NCBI GenBank assembly: GCA_963768055.1
Contig: CAVYGN010000002.1
Location: 1,664,001 to 1,728,000, forward strand
Direction: 5' to 3'
DNA from: an uncultured Spirochaetota bacterium
GTDB taxonomy: Bacteria; Spirochaetota; Brevinematia; Brevinematales; JAOACQ01
DNA length: 64,000 nt
Part shown: piece by piece, positions 20,639 to 31,973 of the stretch
Numbering within the stretch: the first letter of the stretch is position 1
How the letters are laid out: every line of letters begins with the position of its first letter
The notes under the pieces: model-generated
Seen by the model: only the letters and a program-made list of their open reading frames with translations
The model's database searches: none
Told to the model about the DNA's origin: nothing
Position numbers and translations under genes: made by a program

Positions 20639-21778
20639 CTATGGCTTTCCAAAATTCCTAAATGCAGATTCCAGTGCCGCTTGTTTTCGCGGATTTTCCT
20701 GAATACTTTTGTCTGAAACAATAGATTTGAGAATGAATAATTCAGTTAAAGCTAAAGGTTGTCCCATACTTACTACTGAAAGATCCGACATAAAAACTAC
20801 CACCATATCTCTTTCAGGTATGACCATTATATATTGACCTCCATAGCCGCATGCTGAAAAACCGCCAAATGGAAGCCCCCACCATAGGAACCCATATCCT
20901 TTATTATTAGAAATTGCAAAATTGCACATTGTTGAATCAATACGGTTGGACAAAGATGCTTCAACCCAATCGGCGGGTATTATCTGGATTCCTTTCCAAT
21001 TGCCTTTTTTTAAATAGAGATATCCGAACCTTGCCATTTCCATTGGAGTCATGGATATTCCATGTCCGCCTGCATTAATACCTTGCGGATCCGTCTGCCA
21101 GGTATAATTTGTAATACCAATCGGTTTTAAGAGAAACTTGTCGGCAAAATCCGATGTTTTCATACCTGTAGTTTTACTCAGTATAACCGATAAAAGATGA
21201 GTCCCCCCGGTATTATAATTAAAAACCGTACCGGGCTTTTCTTTTAAAGGCCTGGTCATAATAAATTCCGTCCAATTCTGTGAAGAAACAAATTGCATAT
21301 ACATATTATACGGGGCATAAAACTCCGGCCAATCAAAACCTGATGTCATAGTAAGCAGGTTTTTTATTGATATTTCTTCTTTGGCTTTATCATTAATTTT
21401 TGATTTTATTTCCGGCAAAAAATCCAGCGCCTTTTGATCTGTATTTTTTATATAACCTTCTCTGATTGCAATTCCGATAAGAGCGGAAGTAAAGCTTTTT
21501 GTAACTGAATGAATTTCACCAATTATTTCTTTTCCGAAACCGCTTTTATAAGCCTCCAATACCAAATAACCATGCCTGATAATTACCACACTGTGTATTT
21601 CAAGTTTATTCGATTGTATATTATTCAGCATATCGGCAAGATAGCCCGAATCCATTCCCTGCGCTTCCGGGGTGGAAGTACGCCAGGTATCGCCGGGATA
21701 ATAGTCATTGCTGTAACAGGTTTCGATTGAAACAAACAAAATAAACACAATACTGGAAAAATAAAAGTCCTTTTTCAT
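20639..21778 (-). CDS. Secreted serine hydrolase (beta-lactamase/AmpC-like fold)
   Basis: SVTK (SxxK), LLTMTSG, PGTVFNYNT, YGFLWW; signal peptide from ATG 21778. Confidence 0.88.
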   Translation of the reverse strand: MKKDFYFSSIVFILFVSIETCYSNDYYPGDTWRTSTPEAQGMDSGYLADMLNNIQSNKLEIHSVVIIRHGYLVLEAYKSGFGKEIIGEIHSVTKSFTSALIGIAIREGYIKNTDQKALDFLPEIKSKINDKAKEEISIKNLLTMTSGFDWPEFYAPYNMYMQFVSSQNWTEFIMTRPLKEKPGTVFNYNTGGTHLLSVILSKTTGMKTSDFADKFLLKPIGITNYTWQTDPQGINAGGHGISMTPMEMARFGYLYLKKGNWKGIQIIPADWVEASLSNRIDSTMCNFAISNNKGYGFLWWGLPFGGFSACGYGGQYIMVIPERDMVVVFMSDLSVVSMGQPLALTELFILKSIVSDKSIQENPRKQAALESAFRNFGKP

Positions 21779-22017
21779 GACACCCCGCCCCCGTGTGTTA
21801 GGATAGTTGTCGCCTAAAATATTAGGGGATAAAAAATGAATAGTCAAATTCATTCGGAGGAATTGGCCTCTCCCCATTCTTTGGGCCAAATGTTAAGTTA
21901 GTCTTATCCCTCTTTAAGCCAAGAGCAGCTTGAGGAGCAGGGTGGCCTATAACTCAACGAACTGTGAGGTCTTAAATGATTATACTCCCTTCTCCATCTC
22001 TAAGTCAATTTATCTCT

Positions 22018-22269
22018 TTATTTCCCTTCCTTAAGCCTATCTTCAAATTCCTTCATAAATTTTATCGGGGATATCCTGATCACAAGGCAAACATTTCTAA
22101 ATTCTATAAAATCAATTCGGCGCTCATTTGATTCATATTTTGAGACATAACTATGGTTCGCCCATTCTAGCTTATCGGCAAGCTGGCTTTGGGTGAGTTT
22201 CTTTTTGACCCGGTACTCTTTTAGCATATCAATAAATAGCTTGTATTCTTTATTATATATGGATTTCAT
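22018..22269 (-). CDS. XRE-family HTH regulator
   Basis: LTQSQLADKL...SYVSKYESNERRIDFIEF. Confidence 0.85.
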   Translation of the reverse strand: MKSIYNKEYKLFIDMLKEYRVKKKLTQSQLADKLEWANHSYVSKYESNERRIDFIEFRNVCLVIRISPIKFMKEFEDRLKEGK

Positions 22270-22513
22270 AAAATCATCCTTGTTCGATATTAGAACATTA
22301 TTATATAAAATGTTGACAAATGATCGAACATCCAGACATACTGCAGCAACAAATTTTTATGAACTTACTAAAGATACAGCGACAATGGTAATGTTATTCA
22401 TCTCCACATTACTATAGTTGTAACTCTAATCCAATTAAAGAATTAGAGAACTCTCTTTTTAGCGGTTATTGATTCGTTACAGATTGGTTATACCGGATAT
22501 AACCACCTGAAAT

Positions 22514-24007
22514 CTATCTTTTGCTTTTTTTTGAGATAAGATGAGTGAGTTCCAGCCTGTTGCTCGTACCGGTTTTCGTATAAATGCTGTTGACATGCTT
22601 TTTCAGCGTCGACATCGATATGAATAATCTATCGGAGATTTTAATATACTGCTGTCCCCTTATCAGCAGCATCATAACCTCTTTCTCTCTCGGGGATATC
22701 GAATAGAATTCGCAGAAGGATTCGATCCGGGGATCATCGGACTGCATGGACAGGATGGGATTCTTGTGAAATTCGGCGACCCTCATTGAAAGCATGATGT
22801 CGTAAATTAGAATATATACGAGCATTCCGAGGGGAATGATCATCCCTGAATTGACAATCAGGTTGCTGTAAAGGATGTCGTTCATGACAACGGCAGCCAA
22901 GATCATAACGCCAGTAAAGGTGAGCACGGATCCTTCCCTTTTTCTGAACAATGAGAGGAGGATAATATAAAAGCCATAAATAACAACCAATATAAGGACA
23001 ATTTGGGCGACCGTCAGAGAGTAAGTGTTGATTTTTACAGGTGTCAGGAGGGCGAAAATGGATAACGCAGTCCCAATCGCTGTAAATCCTGAAATGATAT
23101 GGATGCTTGTCTCCCTTTTGAAAAGCGATCTGAGGAAAAATAAAAAGCATGGGGGAGCCAGATCGATTATCGAGCAATTCATCTTGTAAAAGTATTCAAA
23201 GCTCAGGTTTTCGAAAAATATTTTATAGATAAAATTGCTGGTTAATGCGGTGCGGAGCCCGATAAGGAGGCAGAAGATCCCGAAATAGAGAAAAGACCTG
23301 TCCCACCTATTGAAAGAGAAAAGGATAAGCTGATAAATTCCTGTGATCAGCAGAATTCCGGTTAAAATTACCTCCATAGTGGAATTTTGCTGGTCCCTGA
23401 GATAAATACCCTCTTCCGAACCTAAATAAATACTGTTCCAGACTCCGCCGTGCCTGTCCTTGAAATTCGATATCTGGATGACAATTTCAATCTGTTTGTG
23501 AATGGGTTTAAAGTAGAGGGGTCTATAAGAAATTTTTTCAAGCATCTGCCCTTCGGATGGACCGACTACTCCGCTTTGAAACGTCCTGCGTCCGTTGATC
23601 CAGAGATAATAAGCAGTTCCTATCTCACCTGTTTCGAAACCAAGGGTCGAGTTAGTGTCAGGAAGGCATACTTTGAGCCGTATGGTGCAGCACCCCCGTC
23701 CCGGGTAATTTATACCGCCGCTTGTAAACCTGTCCCAGGTTCCCGGGACATTCAAATAATTCGTGCATATTATCCCTTTATTAGTTGCAAAATCCTCGGG
23801 AGTAAGCAGTCTCTGCCAGTAAAACTCCCAATCGCCGTCAAGCTTCACAATTCCGTCTTTGTAAAAATCCCAGGATGTTAGATCCATAATACCATTTTTT
23901 ACGAATGGCCGTCTCTCCGGAACAGACAGGCAGCCCGATAACCCGGAAAATAACATGAAAGCAAAGAATAAAAGGAGAATGTTTTGGGACAATCCCTCGG
24001 TTTTCAT
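22514..24007 (-). CDS. One-component regulator: 7TM-DISM extracellular and 7TM domains plus LuxR HTH
   Basis: VKLDGDWEFYWQRLL, GGVWNSIYLG, seven TM helices, SPREKEV...ISMSTLKKHVNSIYTK; likely start ATG 24007. Confidence 0.85.
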   Translation of the reverse strand: MKTEGLSQNILLLFFAFMLFSGLSGCLSVPERRPFVKNGIMDLTSWDFYKDGIVKLDGDWEFYWQRLLTPEDFATNKGIICTNYLNVPGTWDRFTSGGINYPGRGCCTIRLKVCLPDTNSTLGFETGEIGTAYYLWINGRRTFQSGVVGPSEGQMLEKISYRPLYFKPIHKQIEIVIQISNFKDRHGGVWNSIYLGSEEGIYLRDQQNSTMEVILTGILLITGIYQLILFSFNRWDRSFLYFGIFCLLIGLRTALTSNFIYKIFFENLSFEYFYKMNCSIIDLAPPCFLFFLRSLFKRETSIHIISGFTAIGTALSIFALLTPVKINTYSLTVAQIVLILVVIYGFYIILLSLFRKREGSVLTFTGVMILAAVVMNDILYSNLIVNSGMIIPLGMLVYILIYDIMLSMRVAEFHKNPILSMQSDDPRIESFCEFYSISPREKEVMMLLIRGQQYIKISDRLFISMSTLKKHVNSIYTKTGTSNRLELTHLISKKSKR

Positions 24008-24352
24008 TATTACTATACACCACTTCAATATTAATAAAATGTAATAACGGGAAAAATTTTTCAAAACAGACAGACTATCAGTATAAATCCGGGAGATGTA
24101 AATTGAAAATTCCTGTTGTAAATTTATCGAGGAATGTTGTTCCAAGTCAAGACCGGACATGTTTCACTGGAAAATTCACAAGCCTCTGTGTTCCCTGCTT
24201 TTGGTCCTGGCCTTCATGGCCTTCACGGAACGGGAAAAATGCCGATCGCTGATTCGAAAACAACACCTTTTAAAAAATGGAACAAAAGTTCTATTGAATT
24301 GGGAATTATTTTATTCAATAATTAATAATTGGAAGTATTTTAAAAATAGAAG

Positions 24353-25636
24353 TTGAGTCTTCAATTACAAAAGGAGATCGCTAAATTGAGAAAAACACCG
24401 GATTTCATTACTCTGGTAATTTTTGCCGCAGCTCTGCTTTCATCCTGCTCGAATTCCCCCGGAGGCGGCGGGAGCAGCAGTTCTAACGGCAGCAGCTGGC
24501 CATACGTTCCCGTAGTAAAGTATTCGCCGAGCCAGGCCTCATGCCCCTCGATTTCGACGGACGGAAAGGGCGGATTTTATATTGTTTTCATCGATATGAG
24601 AAAAGGGAATAAAGTCACCGTAATGTGCAATTCGGGGGCTGGATGGTCGCCCATCGGAAGCCCCGGGTTTTCGGCAGGGCAGGCCGCCTGGGTATCGCTC
24701 GCTCTGGATCCCGCCGGAACGCCCTTTGTGGCCTTCGAGGACTACAGTATCCCGAGCGGCGACGGCGGAAAAGTTTCCGTAATGAAATATAACGGTTCCG
24801 GATGGGTTCTTGTGGGTAATGCCGGCTTCTCGGCCGGAAGGGCGGTCAATGTAACCATCAGGATGAACGGAACGGCGCCCTATGTGGCATACAGCGACGC
24901 GGCCCTGGGAAGCAAAGCGGCTGTCATGACATTCGACGGCTCTTCCTGGAGATATGCCGGAAGCGCCGGGATAACCCCGGGAGCCGCCGGGGACATCAAC
25001 CTTGCAGTCGACGGATCGGGAAATATCTATCTGGGTTATACGGACTGGAAAACGCCGAACTCATGCTCGCCTCGCGTTCAGAAATACGATTCCACATCCT
25101 GGACTGATTTCTATAATACATATATTCTCGTATCCGGAGTTCAATATACTTCGATGGCTATAGACGGAATCGGCACTCCCTATATTGCATTCTTTATTGA
25201 AAATGTAAGTGAAGAAATAGGCGCAATATCCAATGACGACGATGAATGGCATGTCTGGGCACAAATAGGCGGCAATAATTGGGGTAATAATTGCCTTTCG
25301 CCGGCATATTCTGGCTTTACTGCGGCAGGCCTCTCCCTTGCAGTAGACAGCCCCAGTGGTACGCCGTATATCGCATATGTAGATGAAGCCTTTTATAACG
25401 GTTCGTTCTACCAGTCTACAAACAGCCTCGTAGTCATCAACTATAATTATGCACAGCATGCCTGGCAGGCGGTCGGAAATTTCGATTTCACTCCAGGCAC
25501 CGCTTCGGGAGTTTCGCTTGTTGTAACGAACGGGACTCCCTACGTGGCGTTTATCGACGGCAATTCCGGGGGACGCATTTCAGTCATGAGATACGACGGG
25601 TCCTCCTGGTCCTACTACGGCAATCCGGGGCTCTGA
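24353..25636 (+). CDS. Repeat-rich beta-propeller-like lipoprotein
   Basis: LLSSC lipobox, Gly/Ser linker, repeats W..VG..GFS.G.A...SLA.D..GTPYVAF.D. Confidence 0.7.
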   Translation: MSLQLQKEIAKLRKTPDFITLVIFAAALLSSCSNSPGGGGSSSSNGSSWPYVPVVKYSPSQASCPSISTDGKGGFYIVFIDMRKGNKVTVMCNSGAGWSPIGSPGFSAGQAAWVSLALDPAGTPFVAFEDYSIPSGDGGKVSVMKYNGSGWVLVGNAGFSAGRAVNVTIRMNGTAPYVAYSDAALGSKAAVMTFDGSSWRYAGSAGITPGAAGDINLAVDGSGNIYLGYTDWKTPNSCSPRVQKYDSTSWTDFYNTYILVSGVQYTSMAIDGIGTPYIAFFIENVSEEIGAISNDDDEWHVWAQIGGNNWGNNCLSPAYSGFTAAGLSLAVDSPSGTPYIAYVDEAFYNGSFYQSTNSLVVINYNYAQHAWQAVGNFDFTPGTASGVSLVVTNGTPYVAFIDGNSGGRISVMRYDGSSWSYYGNPGL

Positions 25637-25665
25637 ATAAAATCCGATGACGGAGAAACGTATAT

Positions 25666-26598
25666 ATGTATTTTAAAAAAATATTTATTTTTCTTACCGC
25701 TTTAATGATAGCGATTACCCTCGCGAACTGCTCCATTGATCCGGCCGGCGAGCCGCATGCACAGCCGGGGGGGAGCAGGCTTCATCCGCTTGGCGCAAAA
25801 TTCGACTCTCCCTCGAAAATTTCCGAAAGCATTTCCGTATTTCCATCCAAGCTCAAGGCATCCCAGCTTCCTTTGTCCTACGACCTTTCCCCCGATATGC
25901 CCCCGGTTGGCGATCAGGGATTCGAGTCTTCATGTGTCGGATGGTCCACTACTTATTACATGAAGACATTTCTCGAGACGGAAAGGGCTCAGGGAGGCTG
26001 GAACCCCCTTCTGGCAACCGGACAGTTCTCCCCGGCCTGGACCTACAACCAGATAAACGGAGGCTCCGACAACGGTGCTTATCCCTCCGATGCCATGAAC
26101 CTTATTTTGTACAAGGGGGCAGACACTCTTTCGGACTTTCCATGGGACCAGAATGACTTCACAACCCTGCCGGACGCCTCGCAGGTTGCGAATGCCTCCA
26201 AGTATGTGGAATCGGCCTGGCAGTTCATTTCCCTCGATGTTAATTCGATCAAGTCCGCCCTTGCCTCCGGAAGGCCGGTCGTAATTTCCATCCTGGTATT
26301 CACCCCCGATTTCGATCTTATCGGAACCTCTTACTCGAAAACAGGGGACTGCTATTCGACCACAAATTTATACAAAAGTTTCTTTTGGCCTGATTATGGC
26401 CCTATCACGAGCTTCTTCAGGGGAGGCCATGCAATCTGCCTTGTAGGATACGACGATAATAAGCCGGACGGCATCAACGGACAGGGGGCCTTCAAGTTCG
26501 TCAATTCATGGGGTGTCTCTTACGGTGTTAACGGCTACGGATGGATATCCTACGGCCTCGTCAACATCGTAATCGAGGAAGCTGTTACATTCGACTGA
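25666..26598 (+). CDS. Papain-like C1 cysteine peptidase (lipoprotein)
   Basis: DQG..SCVGW, GGHAICLVGYDD, VNSWG; LANC lipobox. Confidence 0.92.
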   Translation: MYFKKIFIFLTALMIAITLANCSIDPAGEPHAQPGGSRLHPLGAKFDSPSKISESISVFPSKLKASQLPLSYDLSPDMPPVGDQGFESSCVGWSTTYYMKTFLETERAQGGWNPLLATGQFSPAWTYNQINGGSDNGAYPSDAMNLILYKGADTLSDFPWDQNDFTTLPDASQVANASKYVESAWQFISLDVNSIKSALASGRPVVISILVFTPDFDLIGTSYSKTGDCYSTTNLYKSFFWPDYGPITSFFRGGHAICLVGYDDNKPDGINGQGAFKFVNSWGVSYGVNGYGWISYGLVNIVIEEAVTFD

Positions 26599-26640
26599 AT
26601 GGGTTTTTATATAGAAAATCTGCGGGTCAATAACCGGAGG

Positions 26641-27117
26641 CTAAAAGGAGTGTAAAATGCGAATGATTGAACTCATCTTATTCCAGGCGATAATCGCCGC
26701 AGTTTGCTCATGCTCTTTTGTTGGGCCCGGCGGCTCCCTCATTTTGCCATTCCAGTCACCGTATAGAGTATAACCGATTTGTTTTGTTTTATCTATCAAG
26801 GCACCTTCCCATAAGCCTGTAAATGGCCAAAACGCCTGGGAACAATCTGCTACGGCAAATACAAATATTGCATTTTGAGCCGGCCTATCCATACCGTTAT
26901 AATAATCCTGCAACTCTTTTTTAAGGGCATTATTTTTATCAGATGTGTCTTTGGTTTCATAAAAACATAGAATCAAATTTGTCTTTAAATCCGATAATGA
27001 AATTGTCTTATGGTCCCCTGAAGATAATTTAAAATCAGGAGCTTTAATTTGATCTTCCGGGAAAACACAATTTGTTATTAATAGCCCAAAAATATAAATG
27101 TAAATAATTTTAAGCAT
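26641..27117 (-). CDS. Exported thioredoxin-fold (YtfJ-like) protein, probably 3' truncated
   Basis: APDFKL...ISLSDLK...FYETKD...YGDWNGKM, followed by a divergent-looking tail. Confidence 0.55.
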   Translation of the reverse strand: MLKIIYIYIFGLLITNCVFPEDQIKAPDFKLSSGDHKTISLSDLKTNLILCFYETKDTSDKNNALKKELQDYYNGMDRPAQNAIFVFAVADCSQAFWPFTGLWEGALIDKTKQIGYTLYGDWNGKMREPPGPTKEHEQTAAIIAWNKMSSIIRILHSF

Positions 27118-27286
27118 TTATTATTCCTCCTATTTGTTTAAGAAGAATATCATGTTATCAATATGTTTTCAACCGAGTAAGAATTTCCCCCTGATATTCC
27201 CGATCCGGACCTGCCTGGTAAGAAAATTGACACAATCATACGCCGGAAATAGAATAATCCTGATGAGTTCAATTCAGGGAGGGTGT

Positions 27287-29179
27287 ATGGTCCGGAATAT
27301 TCTTGGAAATATTCTTGTTTGTATTAAATATTTTTTTCTTCTTTCAGCCGTCGCTACGCCCGCTTTTATTTCAGGGCAGGATACCGGCATCGTCCGCTAT
27401 AAGCCTTCGGCGGTTTTGATTCCGCTTGGAAGTACAAATAATACCGGATCTTATTCGAATGTTTATTCCAGGGTAACCGGAAGGTTCAGGTCGTATGAAG
27501 GAATTAATCTGATCACCAACGGGCCTGTCCTGGACAGGCTCCTGGGAATGATGCCTGAAGATAAGGGTTCGGATAATTTTTATGAAATTTGCGACAAGGT
27601 TAAGAAATTCGCATATGAACATTTCATAGATGAGATATTTTTAATAAAAAGCGGGGTAACCCCGGACGATTTAATCGATTTCTGCGATATACATATCGAC
27701 GACGACATGTCATTTAACCAGATGAACGAACGGACAGAACAGGAAAAATTTACCGAATACTTCGTGCAAACCGAATTGACAAATTTTTTTGCATACGGGG
27801 ATTCCGGCCTCCGTTATAATAATCCGGATTTCCTGAATTTCAAGGGGAAATTCCATATTAAGGATTTGAAAACGGGAAAGAAGCTGGATCTTGAGAAATA
27901 CCTCGGCAGGCTCGTCGTTTTGGCCCAATTTCCGGCTTCAGGATTCGACTTTTCTAAATATAACCGGATGAAGGATATCTTTTTCAAGCTGAATTATAAA
28001 TTTCCGGATATAGTCACAATTTTCGGTTTATACGATTCTTCCGCAAACGGTAAAAATTTTAAAGGCGGGGATGTTTTGAAGGAGATGGGCGTCCTGGCCG
28101 ATCCCGGGCTCGCATTTCCCGTCGCCGACGTCACTTCCCTGCCCAGGGACGGGCATGATGAGGAATTCTTCGGGGCCTGCTATTACGGATATTTGACTCC
28201 GGGCGGGATGACCAACAGGCAATTTGACGCGTTTGCCCATAACAGGCTGATTTTCAGGAGACTCGAAGATATTATTCCGCCGGAAAAGCGGGACGGCATC
28301 AGGACGACACTGGTCGAGGCGGCAAGGGATGATGATCTCTCCCGGGTAAACAGGCTTATTAAAGAAGGCGCCGACCCTCTCTTCGTCGAAGACAGCCGTT
28401 ATGCCCTGGATTGGGCTGTTTATTATAATAACAGCGTTATGATTGAAGCGTTAACCGGCACGAACACTGAGTCCGACGATATTTATCATGCGGCGTATAT
28501 GGCGATCGTCAACGGGAAGAAAGAAATTTTCGCCGGTCTTGCCGAAAAAATCGGCAGGTCGGGGAAACCGGTTGTCTGGAAGCTGAGGTATCTTTACTCC
28601 CTGGCGGAAAAGGCATCGGATAAGGACTGCATGACAGTTTTAGATAAATCGTTTCCTGCAATCGCGTTTTTTCTCAGGAGCGATTTCACTTTCGAAAGCC
28701 TCATCGCTTCGGGAATTAAACCCGGCATCGATCCCGATTATCCCTTTCCTGTTTCGCCTCAGCCTTTTAAATCCCATGAATGCGAGCTTTACGCCATGAA
28801 GCATTTATTGAAATATAAATATAACTTCAATCTGGATATACCCAAATGGGAAAAGAAGATGAAAAAGGGCCCGCGCGATTATTGGTTTTTCTCCCAGGAT
28901 GCCGACGTCGCTTACGGGGAAGGGTTCGATTTCGAATTTTACACGATAAATAAGGCCGATCCCGGTATTTTTTTCTATTATCTCTCTAAAGGCGAACCCG
29001 TGATCACGGAAAGGATTTTCGGGCAGGACAGGCACTCGGTCGTCGCCTATTCCTGGGATGCGAACGGGGTATGGCTCTCGGATTCGGGTAACGGCAAGAG
29101 GTGGGTCATTCCCGCTGAAAAGCTTTTAACCAACAATATATTTACCATGAGGATTATAAAAAAGGCCGGTCCGAAATAA
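27287..29179 (+). CDS. Exported multidomain protein: redoxin-like + ankyrin + C39-like peptidase
   Basis: KDLKTGKKLDLEKYLGRLVVL; LVEAA..DD..V..LI.EGADP...ALDWAV; Q....HEC...HSVVAYSWD...SDS; likely start ATG 27287. Confidence 0.6.
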   Translation: MVRNILGNILVCIKYFFLLSAVATPAFISGQDTGIVRYKPSAVLIPLGSTNNTGSYSNVYSRVTGRFRSYEGINLITNGPVLDRLLGMMPEDKGSDNFYEICDKVKKFAYEHFIDEIFLIKSGVTPDDLIDFCDIHIDDDMSFNQMNERTEQEKFTEYFVQTELTNFFAYGDSGLRYNNPDFLNFKGKFHIKDLKTGKKLDLEKYLGRLVVLAQFPASGFDFSKYNRMKDIFFKLNYKFPDIVTIFGLYDSSANGKNFKGGDVLKEMGVLADPGLAFPVADVTSLPRDGHDEEFFGACYYGYLTPGGMTNRQFDAFAHNRLIFRRLEDIIPPEKRDGIRTTLVEAARDDDLSRVNRLIKEGADPLFVEDSRYALDWAVYYNNSVMIEALTGTNTESDDIYHAAYMAIVNGKKEIFAGLAEKIGRSGKPVVWKLRYLYSLAEKASDKDCMTVLDKSFPAIAFFLRSDFTFESLIASGIKPGIDPDYPFPVSPQPFKSHECELYAMKHLLKYKYNFNLDIPKWEKKMKKGPRDYWFFSQDADVAYGEGFDFEFYTINKADPGIFFYYLSKGEPVITERIFGQDRHSVVAYSWDANGVWLSDSGNGKRWVIPAEKLLTNNIFTMRIIKKAGPK

Positions 29180-29194
29180 AGTCTGGAGGGAATC

Positions 29195-31056
29195 ATGGAT
29201 AAGAAGTGTTTTTTTCTGCCGATCTGTTTCATGTTTTTGTTATTTACGTTTTCTCATGGCATGACCCGTTATAAACCATCGGTTGTATTAATACCGCTTG
29301 GAAGCACCAACAGTCCCGAGGCCTATGCTAAGGCGTATTCAATATTGTTCGGAAGGATAAGGTCTTTCGGAGGGATAAACCTGATAACGAACGGGCCCGC
29401 ACTTCAGGGGCTCCTTGAAAGGATGCCCGAAGGGGCCGAAACAAACAGCTTTATAACGATCCATGAAAAAATAATCGGCTTTGCTTACGAACATTTCATC
29501 GACGAGGTTTTTTTGATAAAAAACGGAAAAACATCAAGCGAGTTTGTCGATGTCATCGGCAGACATGTCGATAACGGGCACTGGTCATGGAATTACAACG
29601 AAACAGTGTTCACTGAAGAAAATCTTAACCTTCAGATAGACGGCTTGATAACAAATATGCTGACCGGAGTTGCCGCGGAGAGCTGGTCGGATCCGAATTT
29701 TTTGAATTTCGACGGGAATCTCTCTCTTAAGGATTTAAAATCAGGAAAAATGTTTGATCTTAAAAAATGCAGGGGGAAACTGGTGGTATTGTCCCAGTGC
29801 CCGGCCTCCGCTTTCAAACAAGAAGAATACGTGAGGATGAAGGCCATCTTCGGCAAACTGCATTATAAATTTCCGGATATTGAAACCATTTTCGGTGTGC
29901 ATGACTCGGCAATGAACGGGGAAAATATCAAAGGAAAAGACGTGCTCAGGGAAAATGGAGTGCTTACCGATCAGGACTTCGACTACCCGGTTGTTGACAT
30001 ATCCCCCCTTCCGTTGAAAGGAAAGCAGATATCTATCTTTTCACCATTATTAACATTTAACTATGGATATCTGACCGATAAAGGAATGACCAATAAAAAA
30101 TTCGAGGTTTATACTCATGAAAGGTTTATTTTCGGGAACCTCGAGGAAATTTTACCGCCGGAAAAAAGGGCCGAAGTCAGGACGACCCTTGTAGAGGCGG
30201 CCAGGGACGATGACCTTCCGATGGTTAAAAAGCTTATTGAAGAAGGAGCGAGCCCTCTTGTAGACGAGGACTATGTTACGCTCTCGATTGGGCCGTCTTC
30301 CATGAAAACAACGCAATGATAAATGAAATAACGGGGTTAAGGACCGGCGGTTTCGATTTCTACCATGCCCTTTATACCGCGCTGACAACCGGGAAGAAGG
30401 AGATTTTCAAAAACCTTGCCGTGAAAATCGGGAAATCTGCCAAAAAGGACTACCCGACGCTCAGGAATATATTTATTCATGCCGCAGAATCGGAGGACAA
30501 GGACTATCTGGCCGCTCTTGATCAAGCCTTCCCCGAGGTTTCTTTTTTCTTCAGCCCCTCTTTCACTTTCGAAGGCCTTGCCGTTTCGGGTATAAAACCG
30601 GGCATAAACCCGGAATATCAATTTCCTGTTTCGCCCCAGCCCTTTAAGTCACATGAATGCGAGCTTTATGCCTTGAAGCATTTATTGAAATACAAGTATA
30701 ATTTCAGCCTGGATATACCCAAGTGGGAAAAGAAGATGAAAAAAGGCCCTCGTGACTATTGGTTTTTCTCCGAATGCGCCGGCGTCGTCTTCAGCGAGGG
30801 TTTCGATTACGAGTATTATACAGACAATAAAACAGATGCGGGGCTGTTTTTCTTTTATCTCTCCAGGGGCGAACCGGTTATCACCGAAAGGATGTTCGGA
30901 AAAGACCGGCACTCGGTCGTCGCTTATTCCTGGGATGCTAACGGTGTCTGGCTTTCAGATTCGGGTAACGGCAAGAGGTGGGTGATACCGGCCCAAAAGC
31001 TTATTACCAATGATATTTTCACGATGAGAGTTATTAAAAAGGCGGATTCTAAATAA
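29195..31056 (+). pseudogene. Tandem paralog of 27287..29179, frameshifted near 30273
   Basis: ORFs 29195..30319 and 30316..31056 align to the two halves; a 1-nt shift restores CYALDWAVFHEN. Confidence 0.8.
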
Positions 31057-31123
31057 AACCTTTCAGGGCAAATATTTGTATAAACAACAGGGTTAGTATT
31101 TTCTCCTGTTTCCATTTTATATT

Positions 31124-31474
31124 TTATTTCTCATTATTAATAAAGACTTTAAAATCTTCTATGCCTGAAGTATTACTAACTGCCAAGTCTGTTCCATTGA
31201 CAACCTTATTCAATTGATACATTATGCGTTCGGGCGGAGTTTCGAACCCGATTAATGATTCTTGCTCATCAGAGCTATTACTTAACTCTAAATATACTTT
31301 TACTAATATTGCATCTGTTGCTTTTTTGAATTCTAACTTTTCATAAGTTAAAGCTATTTTTGAATTTTGTAATGGAAATAAATTGTCCCCGCTGGCAAAA
31401 TAAAAACTATCATCAGAAAATAAATAAGGGCTTATAAAAAGAAGAAAAGGAGCAATAAATAAAAATATTTTCAT
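31124..31474 (-). pseudogene. DUF4424-like N-terminal fragment
   Basis: Signal peptide, DDS...GDNLFP..NSKIAL..EKL...IGF.TP...DFKVFIN, then an abrupt end. Confidence 0.5.
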
Positions 31475-31957
31475 TTCATAATCCCCAAATAAGTTAATAA
31501 CTCGTTCTGAATTTTATAAGGTATATCTAATAATTAAATGTAAATAATTATATCACCCCTCCTGTTCCCTATCCATCTCTTTTTCGTATCCATCCTTTCA
31601 ACTTTGGGATAATCTGAAATATTAAAATCAGGAGGAATCCCATGTTCTATCATATCAACAGCATACCCAACAACAAGAAGTAGCTTGACCAGTTCTGCAC
31701 TGAAAACTTTGTGCTAATGAAACAGAAGGGCATTGTTGAAACCGCACCCTACGGGCATAAACCCTATGGGCCCAACCTTGCCGCCCTTGTGCCGACTTGC
31801 TCGGCGTGAAAAGGCGGTTATTAGAAGGGCCCATAAAATAGAGTGGGTATAAATTGGTACCAATTTGGGTACACTAAATTTGAAACTTTTTGAAAATGAG
31901 ACAAACTTAATTGTTGCTCATTAAAAGAAATAGGAAAATTAAAGACTTATTGTTTTA

Positions 31958-31973
31958 TCCCGCTCTCTCCGAT
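31958..31973 (+). repeat. att-like core 2 (tRNA-Ser 3'-end-like)
   Basis: Identical 16-mer to 18169-18184; GGGTAT/TGGTAC/GGGTAC arm-like repeats at about 31845-31875. Confidence 0.7.

Noticed and set aside
20639..21778. Bona fide beta-lactam resistance gene
   Set aside because: It has the fold motifs but no KTG triad; more likely an esterase or amidase.
28740..31040. DGR-like repeat between the paralog C-termini
   Set aside because: Differences are mostly synonymous; an ordinary tandem duplication explains it.
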